Positions 1-10,950 of a stretch of 64,000 nt of DNA are shown here, one piece after another (position 1 is the stretch's first letter; every line of letters begins with the position of its first letter). Position numbers and translations under genes: made by a program. This DNA is from Octopus vulgaris (Eukaryota): NCBI GenBank assembly GCA_951406725.2, contig OX597817.1:13082001-13146000 (forward strand), in the 5' to 3' direction. A model generated the notes under the pieces. That model was not told the origin of the DNA and made no database searches. It worked only from the letters and a program-made list of their open reading frames with translations.

Positions 1-354
1 ATCAACTAAACTATTGACATTTCCTATGCCCATCCACCAAAAGGTGCTTACAAAAAGTTCTACATATGTGAATAAATTCTAAACAATAGCATAACCCCCA
101 AATTTAATCACTATAAATTTCTCAAAAACACCTCTCCATAACAACCCACCCTAAAACCTAATTCACATGCCTAAGGAAGGTTTTAACTCAACACAAACTA
201 TATAAAAGCAAGATTAACTTCAATACATTGCAGTCTGATGATGGCTTAACTGGCCCAAACTTGATTAAGAATAATAAATTTGTACTCTACAAAAATATGG
301 AGTAACCATCAGATTAATGTAAAATTAATCAGAGTAACCATCAGATTAATGTAA

Positions 355-750
355 AAGGAGTGGATGTGTGGTAAGTAGCTTGTTTTTCAACCACATGGTT
401 CCGGGTTCAGTCTCACTGCGTGGCATCTTGGGCAAGTGTCTTCTGCTATGGCCTCGGACCGACCAAAGCCTTGTGAGTGGATTTGGTAGACGGAAACTGA
501 AGGAAGCCTGTCGTATATATGTATATATATATATATATGCGTCTGTGTGTTTGTCCCCCTAGCATTGCTTGACAACCGATGCTGGTGTGTTTACGTCCCC
601 GTCACTTAGCGGTTCGGCAAAAGAGACCGATAGAATAAGTACTGGGCTTACAAAAGAATAAGTCACGGGGTCGAGTTGCTTGACTAAAGGCGGTGCTCCA
701 GCATGGCCACAGTCAAATGACTGAAACAAGTAAAAGAGAGTAAAGAGAGA
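355..750 (+). mobile_element. tRNA-derived SINE, family A
   Basis: A box (tggntgtgtggtaa) and B box (ggttcagtc) head, gggcaagtgtcttc core, central (TA)n(TG)n, tail gactgaaacaagtaaaagag; more than 10 similar copies in the window. Confidence 0.85.
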
Positions 751-1420
751 GAGTATTATAACAGAACATAAACACAAACACATACATATATACCGCATAA
801 TAGCAGTATTGGTGATAATTACACCACAGCTGGAAATTGATTGCTGATGAGAGTAGGGAATAACCCCCTACCTTTTACTCTCAAAGCCAACAGGTGCCGT
901 GACTGAACGAGAACAATACAGCTGAAGACGATGACTAGCACCAAAGATGCCGAAAAGACATGAAAATTAATATTTAATCTCTTTAAATCTTAAATGCCAC
1001 ATAAGTGAATTGATCATTAAACTATAATAATAATGAAATTATTGTATACAGTGCTCAGGTGCACCACAACTTGTCAGAAAGTGTGTATGTAGGTAGGAAT
1101 TTTTTTTTTTTTGCCAGATCTGACTGGGCCTGATGCGGTCTTCCGGCTTCACAGACCCCAGTTGAACCGTCCAACCCATGCTAGCATGGAAAACGGATGC
1201 TAAATGATGGTGATGATGATGTGTCCATTTGGCTTCTGCAAAAGTGCATTCGGCATCCTGTCTGAGCATGATAAGTATGTATATATGTATGCATGTATGT
1301 ATGTTTTCACATGGACAGTATAAAAATGATGCTCTTTGTTTCTGTCCATAACTTAGTGTTTTAGTGAATAAAGACTGATTGTTACCAGAGTTAAAAATAT
1401 GTACTGGGGTTTATATATAT

Positions 1421-1630
1421 ATTTCTTTACTACCCACAAGGGGCTTGACACAGAGAGGACAAACAAGGACAGACAAAGGGATTAAGTCGATTACATTGAC
1501 TCCAGTGCGTAACTGGTACTTAATTTATCAACCCCGAAAGGATGAAAGGCAACGTCGACCTCGGCGGAATTTGAACTTGGAACGTAACGACAGATGAAAT
1601 ACATCAACGCATTTCGCCCGGCGTGCTAAA
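1421..1630 (-). mobile_element. SINE family D, 5'-truncated
   Basis: Core gcctttcatcctttcggggttgataaattaagtaccag; tail ccccttgtgggtagtaaagaaata. Confidence 0.78.
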
Positions 1631-2103
1631 CTGGGGTTTATATGATTGATTAAAACCCTTCGTGGTGGTCCTCCAGCTTCACTACAATTCATTGACTGGC
1701 ACAAGAGTAAACTGTTAAAGATATAACCTCTCAGTTTTCATACAACATAGATAAGACATTAACTAAGTTAAATGCTTTATTTTAATTTTATTTTTCTTGG
1801 ATGCCTTTAATGCCAACACTTTGTCCTTGGATGCCTTTATCAGAGTTCACTGTAGAACCCTTCAAATCAGAACCCTTGTTCTGCTCCACAAACCCTTTTC
1901 CTGCAGATATTCAAGTTGGTCATCAATCTCACAAGCCTGGGATGACTTACAAAGGCCATGGGCACTATCCCATCCTCCCCTGACTAAATTTAGTTTTTAA
2001 GTTTACTTCTTTTGTGATTATAACAAGTTCTGCTTCTCTAAACTTCACTTTTATTACAATGACTGTGAAATAAGAAAGAAATAAACAAAAGAATAGATAT
2101 ATT

Positions 2104-2492
2104 CGCAGGAGTGGCTGTGTGGTAAGTAGCTTGCTAACCAACCACATGGTTCCGGGTTCAGTTCCACTGCGTGGCATCTTGGGCAAGTGTCTTCTGCTAT
2201 AGCCCCGGGCCGACCAATGCTTTGTGAGTGGATTTGGTAGACGGAAACTGAAATAAGCCTTTCGTATATATATATATATGTGTGTGTGTTTGTGTTTGTC
2301 CCCCTAGCATTGCTTGACAACCGATGCTGGTGTGTTTACGTCCCCGTCACTTAGCGGTTCGTCAAAAGAGACCGATAGAATAAGTACTGGGCTTACAAAG
2401 AATAAGTCCCGGGGTCGATTTGCTCGACTAAAGGCGGTGCTCCAGCATGGCCGCAGTCAAATGACTGAAACAAGTAGAAGAGTAAGAGAGTA
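2104..2492 (+). mobile_element. SINE family A
   Basis: Full-length match to the other family A copies. Confidence 0.88.
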
Positions 2493-2959
2493 ATATAGGG
2501 AGGAAAGTGATGGGCTTAGTGATTACAGATTTGGCTACAGAGCATTAAGATTTAGATGTGTATGAATCATTTAATTAGAAGGAAGGAGCAGTACCTCACA
2601 AATCACAATTCCTTCAGAAGGGCTGAGATTTGTACTGTCAGTCTTTAATTTGAACCTCTGTAAATGCATATCTTAAGGAGAATGTGGGGAGGAAGGAATT
2701 CTCAAGGGTTGATGTTCAGAGGAGAAGGAATGGATAAAGTGTTTAGTGAAGTAGGAGATGTGGTATGAGTGGAAATAAGAGGAGAGACAGATGGAGGTGG
2801 TATGCAACTAGCCAACTCAGAGTAACAGAAAACATTGTAATGAGCATGGTGAGGAGACTGGGAAACTGTGGGCGAGAAGTTGTTATGTGTTGGTGAATGA
2901 ATCTACCAGTTAGTTGAATTACCTTTTTTTCTATTTTTGATGCAATGTGGCATCTCTGA

Positions 2960-3329
2960 TATAATAATAATAATAATAATAAACATTGTGTACAGTGCTC
3001 AGGTGCACTACAACTCATCTAAAGTGTATATATAATCAGGTGTAGTTTCGACGGATTTCGGAAAGCATGAGGGCCTTAAAGGATGCAGTGTCATGGCAGT
3101 CAACAACTGACGCAGGCAGTTTATTCCATGCTTCAGCAACTCTGAGCATGAAGAAATGTTTCCGAAAGTCATGGGAGCTGTGTTGTTTTCTGACTTTGTA
3201 GGCATGTCCACGTGTGTTAGACACATGGAGATCAAAAAGGTGTTCAGTGTTGTTGTTGGTGAGGTGGTTGATAACTTTGTGGGCGTTTACCAAGTCCGTC
3301 GCCAGACGCCGGAGCTTCAGTGAATCCAT
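2960..3329 (-). mobile_element. CR1-type LINE 3' fragment (end of RT ORF plus (TTA)n tail)
   Basis: LRRLATDL...TRGHAYK...RKHFF..RVAEAWNKLP motif, typical of the CR1 ORF2 C-terminus. Confidence 0.82.
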
Positions 3330-3855
3330 ATATTAGTATGCCTAAAGCCAAAATATAATAACTAAAATATTTAAGACATAATAATCTTTTAAGAAACATG
3401 TAATACACAGACATTGAAATATTGGCATCGAACTTTGGGACAAGGCCAGCAATTTGTGGGGTGGGATAAATCGATTACATTGACCCATAATGTCCAGCTG
3501 GTATTTATTTTATCAAACCTCGAAGGCTGAATGGTAAAATCGGAGTACAAAGACAGACAAAATGCTGCTAAGCATTTTACCTGGCATGCTAAAGATTCTT
3601 CCACCTCACCGCCTTATACAAACAAACATTGAAATATTAAAATTTAAAAAAATATAAATACAGTTCGTGGCTAGTGCTCATTAAATAATGTGAGATGTGT
3701 CCATTCTATAATTTTTACATCCCACGGCTGACATTCACTCTCATAACATACCCGGCCGAATACCATTTCACTTCTTAATAGTCAAAAGAAGTCTCCCTAT
3801 TTTTGTATATCCATTTACTGATTCTCCAGTAGATATCTAAAATGATGAATTACTG

Positions 3856-4066
3856 TTTTTTACTCTTTTACTTGTTTCAGTCATTTGATTGTGGCCATGC
3901 TGGAGCTCCGCCTTTAGTCGAGCAAATCAACCCCCAGGACATATTCTTTGTAAGCCCAGTACTTATTCTATCGGCCTCTTTTGCTGAACCGCTAAGTTAC
4001 GGGGACATAAACACACCAGTATTAGTTTTCAAGCGATGTTGGTGGGGGTGAGGGGGTCAAACACAG

Positions 4067-4121
<55 letters not shown>

Positions 4122-4288
4122 TATATAAGACAGGCTTCTTTCAGTTTCCGTCTACCAAATCCACTCACAAGGCTTTGGTCGGCCCGAGGCTATAGTAGAA
4201 GACACTTGCCCAAGGTGTCACGCAGTGGGACTGAACCCGGAACCATGTGGTTGGTAAACAAGTTACTTACCACACAGCCACTCCTACT
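3856..4288 (-). mobile_element. SINE family A
   Basis: Reverse-complement full-length copy. Confidence 0.85.
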
Positions 4289-4845
4289 CCTAAACTTTAT
4301 GGATATTTATTTGTTGGCTTTGTGGGAGTTTCCTGGTTTCAAGATGTTCATTGTTGGTATGAGGCATTGATTGTAGGTGTTATCTTTCAATAGGTGCAAA
4401 CATGTTTATGTGTTTAAGGAGTTCACTTTGCAACAACATGGTTTTTGATTCAATTGCACTGCACAGTACCTTGAAGTGTCTTCTATCATGGCCCTGAGTT
4501 GTCCACAACCTTATGGGTGAAATCTGGCAATGGAAACTGAATAGAAGCCTGATGGAAGGAGTGTTCTTTTACTGGAGGCAAACTAAATCAGTTGCTTGGT
4601 TTAAAACCACCACTTAGTACTTAAGGACTTTAGCCGAGTTCCCTCTGTTGCAAGCATTTAGGCTTGATATTCAGTCTAAGGATAATTTTTTACTCTTCTC
4701 TCCACCAGTCTCAGAGCTGCTGAAAGGATTCATAGGTGCTGCCCTTGCCTTCTAACAAAGCCATCAAAAACAGGATGATGTGCTTATAGTATTCAGATAT
4801 TCATCTGTTCATATATGGCTACACACATCAATACTTTGGATATCA

Positions 4846-5910
4846 TAATCATCATCATCATCATCATCATTTAACGTCCGCTTTCCATGCTAGCATGGGT
4901 TGGACGGTTCAACTGGGGTCTGGGGAGCCCGAAGGCTGCACCAGGCCAGTCAGATCTGGCAGTGTTTCTACAGCCCTTCCTAACGCCAACCACTCCGAGA
5001 GTGTAGTGGGTGTTTTTATGTGCCACCGACACAGGTGCCAGACGAGGCAGGCAGACGGCCACGCTCGGATGGTGCTTTTATGTGCCACCGACACAGGTGC
5101 CAGACGAGGCTGGCAGACGGCCACGCTCGGATGGTGTTTTTATGTGCCACCGACACAGGTGCCAGACGAGGCTGGCAGACGGCCACGCTCGGATGGTGTT
5201 TTTTATGTGCCACCGACACAGGTGCCAGACGAGGCTGGCAGACGGCCACGCTCGGATGGTGTTTTTATGTGCCACCGACACAGGTGCCAGACGAGGCAGG
5301 CAGACGGCCACGCTCGGATGGTGTTTTTATGTGCCACCGACACAGGTGCCAGACGAGGCTGGCAGACGGCCACGCTCGGATGGTGTTTTTATGTGCCACC
5401 GACACAGGTGCCAGACGAGGCTGGCAGACGGCCACGCTCGGATGGTGTTTTTATGTGCCACCGACACAGGTGCCAGACGAGGCTGGCAGACGGCCACGCT
5501 CGGATGGTGTTTTTATGTGCCACCGACACAGGTGCCAGACGAGGCTGGCAGACGGCCACGCTCGGATGGTGTTTTTATGTGCCACCGACACAGGTGCCAG
5601 ACGAGGCTGGCAGACGGCCACGCTCGGATGGTGTTTTTATGTTCCACCGACACAGGTGCCAGACGAGGCTGGCAGACGGCCACGCTCGGATGGTGTTTTT
5701 ATGTTCCACCGACACAGGTGCCAGACGAGGCTGGCAGACGGCCACGCTCGGATGGTGTTTTTATGTTCCACCGACACAGGTGCCAGACGAGGCTGGCAGA
5801 CGGCCACGCTCGGACGGTGTTTGTTACGTGCCCACAGCACGGAGGCCAGTCGATGCGGTACTGGCTACGATCCCGTTCGGATGGTTTTCTTATGTGCCAC
5901 CGGCACTGGT
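4846..5910 (-). mobile_element. Non-autonomous retroposon, family B ((GAT)n tail, probably RTE-dependent), with expanded internal 62-bp array
   Basis: Element sense contains ggttggcgttaggaagggc...ccatgctagcatggaaagcggacgttaaa(tga)n, shared with more than 15 copies that have variable 5' ends. Confidence 0.8.
5012..5818. repeat. 62-bp tandem repeat, about 13 near-identical units plus a diverged 14th
   Basis: Unit tttttatgtgccaccgacacaggtgccagacgaggctggcagacggccacgctcggatggtg; no spacers; explains the repetitive ORFs at 4895-6003. Confidence 0.95.
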
Positions 5911-6270
5911 AATAATAATAATAATAATAATAATGAAATTATTGTATACAGTGCTCAAGTGCACCACAACTTATCAAAAGTGCGTATAAAGCATATGCAG
6001 TAATGTACAAATGTCTGGAAAGTGAACAGTGTATGTTCATGAAAGCAAAATTCTATTATTTCATCCTTCAAAACTTCCATGCTTTCTGAGATTCGCCAAC
6101 ACTACACCTGATTTTCTCCCCTCCATACACACGCAAGCATGTATCTGACTCATACATTGTTCGCTTACCAGACATTTCTACATTACTGTATGTACTTTAT
6201 ACGCACTTTCTGACAAGTTGTGGTGCACCTGAGCACTGTATACAATAATTTCATCATTATTATTATTATA
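5910..6270. mobile_element. Two related CR1-type 3' tails in inverted arrangement
   Basis: 5910-6035 is the reverse complement of about 6150-6270; same tail at 1025-1090, 24880-25100 and 40215-40420. Confidence 0.7.
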
Positions 6271-6496
6271 AACAGGTAGCTTACTAAGAGATCTGCATTG
6301 GAGTCGTCATAGTTGTTCCTGTCAGCTGATCTATTTTTAATCTTTAATACTTTATTTTTTTAACTTCTAAATGTTTCAAAAGCTCAGATATATGGTAGAA
6401 AAAAAACTAGGCTATAAATGCAGTGAGATAGACTGAATAAATCAATGAAAAATTAACCACAAAAAAAGGAACAAAACGAAAACAGATGTTATAAAA

Positions 6497-6909
6497 TAGG
6501 AGTGGCTGTTTGGTAAGTAGCTTGCTAACCAACCACATGGTTCCGGGTTCAGTCCCACTGCGTGGCATCTTGGGCAAGTGTCTTCTGCTATAGCCCCGGG
6601 CCGACCAATGCCTTGTGAGTGGATTTGGTAGACGAAAACTGAAAGAAGCCTGTCGTATATATGTACATATATATATATATATGTGTGTGTATGGGTTTGT
6701 GTGTCTGTGTTTGTCCCCCTAGCATTGCTTGACAACCGATGCTGGTGTGTTTACGTCCCCGTAACTTAGCGGTTCGGCAAAAGAAACTGATAGAATAAGT
6801 ACTGGGCTTACAAAGAATAAGTCCCGGGGTCGATTTGCTCGACTAAAGGCGGTGCTCCAGCATGGGCGCAGTCAAATGACTGAAACAAGTAAAAAGAGTA
6901 AAAAGAGTA
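6497..6909 (+). mobile_element. SINE family A
   Basis: Full-length copy. Confidence 0.88.
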
Positions 6910-7948
6910 AACTGAATATTAAATAAAAGTATTTTAAACAAGAAAGAAAGGGTTGAAAGAAAGGGTTAATCAACATATTTATTCCAGAAATAGAATTGAC
7001 AGAGAAATGTTCAGTGCACTTGATACAGTTGTAAAGAAATTAGTGCATTTATTGCAATACAATATCTTCTCACAACAGAATATTGATAGCAATAGCAATA
7101 GAAGATATACCACAACTTTAGAGCACAACTGTAGCCTCTGTGAAGAGATCAGCAAAAAGAAAAAAAATATAATAATTTACAATGGAGAAATTTTGAGTTT
7201 TCTTTCTAGAGAATATTGAAGTCATTTTGCTAAGGTGAGGGAGAGAAAGAGAGAGAGAGAGGGAGAGAGACTGGTGGAGAGGTGTATATTGAGGAAAAGG
7301 TACAACAGTTTTAAAATGTCAATCTAAATTCTTATGTGCAGCTTTATTGCAAATGTGCATAAACAGTATAACTATCAATTCCTATAATATATAATATATA
7401 TTAATATATGTTGTCACAAAACATACATTGACCAGTTGCACAAGTTAGTTTTCAACTATTCTAAGGTATTGCACAAATTTAGTTATAAAACCAGATATAA
7501 TGATATTATTTTCTTTTCACTAGATACAAAGCCAATTTTTTTGGTTTTTGTTATTTTTCTTTGGTGGGAGAGGAAGTTTAGTGAATTGGATCAAATCCAA
7601 TACAATACTGGGTTTTTTATTTGATTGGCCTTAGTGAAATTTGAACTCATAACATAGATGTCAGAACTAAAAACTGTAAAGTGTTTAGTCTGATGCTGCA
7701 CCACTTCTGACTTCATATAACACTAATAATAATAATAATAATAATAAATTCTTTTAATCATGAATAAGGCTAGTTTTAGTTGTAGAGGAGCGCAGGTGGT
7801 TAGATCTGCTTGCTTCTCGTTTTACTGAACTAGAAATGATAAAAGGCAAAATAACCTCAATGGAATTTGACCTCAGAAATTCGGTGCCTCAATGGAAAAG
7901 ATCTTGTCCAATTCTTTTATTGTCTTCATTGATGCCATCAATTAAATA

Positions 7949-8089
7949 TAAGGTTGTCCCAAAAGTCCGTAGAAAGTCTTGGAAAATAATGGTCTTTATT
8001 TTGAGGAATAATGTTTGTTGTTTTTGTTAGTACTTGGTGAGTAAAAATTCAATTTTCGCAAGTGTTTACAAACTTTTGGGACAACCTAA
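7949..8089. mobile_element. 141-bp mariner-type MITE
   Basis: TIRs taaggttgtcccaaaagt / acttttgggacaacctaa flanked by TA. Confidence 0.78.
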
Positions 8090-8559
8090 TAGTAATATCT
8101 TTGATATATGTACTTGCCACCAGTGGCAGAGAAGTATAGTTAAATCTTTAGAAGTAATGGTATTAAGGTATTAATTTTTAATTTGTACACGAGGGTGTAT
8201 TTTAGTCCCTAAGGCAGTCTGATACACAGCTGAATTCTAGAAGTGCTTATACGAAGTTGTATCACTGTTTACTCATATACTCTACTTTTGGACTACAGCA
8301 ATGTTGCTTCAGGAACATGGTTCTCCTTGCTTATGTCCGAATGTCCAACACTAGCTGAGTAGCAGGCTCTTGCATCTATTCCAAATAAGTTGAATTTGAA
8401 GGTAAAAGCAGACAGAATAGTGATGCAAGCTATGTTTAGTAATACTACGATTGATAAGTTCAAAGTAGAATCTAACATACAAAAGAACAGTATCATTAAT
8501 CAAATTAGATTACGCAAATATTTTCAAAACATAAATTTACTGAAATACACTAAAAGATT

Positions 8560-8613
8560 GTTTGTATGTATGTATGTATTATGTAAATAGGTATACATAC
8601 ATACGTGTGTGTG

Positions 8614-8653
<40 letters not shown>

Positions 8654-9213
8654 TACATATACATGTATGTATTCATATATATACATATATATATTCATAC
8701 ATACATATATATACATATATATATTCATATATATATATACATATATTCATACATACATATATATACATATATATATTCATATATATACATACATATATGA
8801 ATACATATATTCATACATACATATATATACATATATATATTCATATATATATATACATATATGAATATATATACATATATGAATATATATACATATATGT
8901 ATATATATACATATATGTATGTATATATATACATATATGTATGTATATATATACATATATGTATGTATATATATACATATATGTATGTATATACATATAT
9001 GTATGTATATATATACATATATGTATGTATATATATACATATATGTATGTATATATATACATATATGTATGTATATATATACATATATGTATGTATATAC
9101 ATATATGTATGTATATACATATATGTATATATATATACATACATATATGTATATATATACATATATGTATGTATATACATATATGTATGTATATATATAT
9201 ATATATATATACA

Positions 9214-9295
<82 letters not shown>

Positions 9296-9302
9296 CACAC
9301 AC

Positions 9303-9338
<36 letters not shown>
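8560..9338. repeat. Compound (TA)/(TACA)/(TATG)/(CA) microsatellite
   Basis: Direct inspection; source of the YI-rich spurious ORFs. Confidence 0.95.
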
Positions 9339-9339
<1 letters not shown>

Positions 9340-9743
9340 ATGTAATATGATGTAATATAATACCAATTACTTCGAATCTTCTTTTCTTATCCTCTTTTAA
9401 AGTAATTTTGTTCTGTAGAGTGAATGTTGAATAAGTAATAATTTCTAAATCAACCACAGTACGTCCATGATACTTAATTTATTAATTCTAGAAGGGCAGA
9501 ATGGGAAATCAACTTTCTTGGGACACAAATTATGGATAGATGCCACAAGACAATTAGTAACGACACCCCATTCCTGCTACTCCAGTACCCTCAAATATTA
9601 ATAAATAACAACAATCTTAAGCATACATTACTGTGATGAAGAAAAGTTATCTCTTCCCCTTAAATCACGTGAAAGGTACAAAATTTTAGCCAAAAACTTT
9701 ATTTAAGATTAAATTATACAAGTGACATTCAACCTTTATTTAA

Positions 9744-9965
9744 CCCTTTAGTTACCAACCCGGCTGAAACGGGCTCTGACTCTGTAGTATAAATGTCTTG
9801 TTTTCATAAGCTTTGAATTCAAATCTTCCACCAAATCTTAGTTAAAATTTAAGTTCCTAACACTGGCTTAATGATAACAAAATTATTTTACTAAATTCTT
9901 TGTTATATTTAAAATAATTGAAAGAAACACAGAGCATCTCAAAATAAATACGGTAAAAAAAAGGG
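9744..9965. mobile_element. piggyBac-type MITE, family 1
   Basis: TTAA|ccctt...aaggg|TTAA; copies at 17124 and 34107. Confidence 0.82.
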
Positions 9966-10392
9966 TTAATTGAATAATGCTTCAATTGCATATACTGGAT
10001 TTTTAATCAGTTGGGTAGCTATTTGTAACATCAGTGAATGTTTTATTCATTTCTTCCATCATCAGAGATAACAAATTCTTGTTCACTTGTGTTGCTGGCT
10101 GTGAGTATACACCACTGAAGAGACCCAAATGAAAGGGTTAATGATATCACTCCCATGTTAAATGCCTTTAATTGTAGTATGCTTAGTTAATTTTCTTTAT
10201 GAAATTTCAGTATTTTATTTTTCTATTTTAATGCTATCAATGTTCCAAGATTATTACAAGTTAATTTTGTAAATCTTGTCTGTAATTACATCAAGGTTCT
10301 GCAGCATCATAGCTGAAGAACATTGATTTATGCTAATGCAATTCCAATATTTTTCGTTAAATTGAATTTGAATCATTTTATATTAATAAAAA

Positions 10393-10652
10393 TAATAATA
10401 ATAATAATAATAATTGTGTACAGTGCTCAGGTGCACTACAACTCATCTAAAGTGTATATATAATCAGGTGTAGTTTCGGCGGATTTTGGAAAGCATGAGG
10501 GCCTTAAAAGATGCAGTGTCATGGCAGTCAACAACTGACACAGGCAGTTTATTCCATTTTGCTTCAGCAACTCTGAGCGTGAAAAAATGTTTCCGAAAGT
10601 CATGGGAGTTGTGCTGTTTTCTGACTTTGTAGGCATGTCCACGTGTGTTAGA
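10393..10652 (-). mobile_element. CR1-type LINE 3' fragment, shorter copy of 2960-3329
   Basis: Near-identical to 2985-3220. Confidence 0.8.
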
Positions 10653-10911
10653 AACTAACTAAGCTTAAATCAATGAACCACAGTTGGGAACTTCGAGTAA
10701 CTTGGTATGTTAATATTATTAATAATTCAAGTGAAATATTAATATTAGTTCTGAGGAAAATAATTGAACAGAAATAGTAGTTCACTGATATTTTCCTAAC
10801 ATTTAAGGGCAATTCATACCGTTATTCATTTCATATATATATGAAAATAAATTCCTTGGAAGTAATTACATATCGATAAGCATGTGTATGTATATGTGGT
10901 CACAAAGGCTT

Positions 10912-10947
<36 letters not shown>

Positions 10948-10950
<3 letters not shown>

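Noticed and set aside
300-356. 25-bp direct repeat gagtaaccatcagattaatgtaaaa
   Set aside because: Simple local tandem duplication next to a SINE; no further structure
843-886. CTGATGA followed by a hairpin (gagtaggg...ccctac...tactc) as a hammerhead
   Set aside because: No GAAA after stem II and no stem I/III pairing
5012-5818. CRISPR-like array
   Set aside because: Units are contiguous and near-identical with no unique spacers; no cas genes; it lies inside a eukaryotic retroposon
4895-6003. 300-364 aa ORFs in three frames
   Set aside because: Artefact of a stop-free 62-bp tandem repeat
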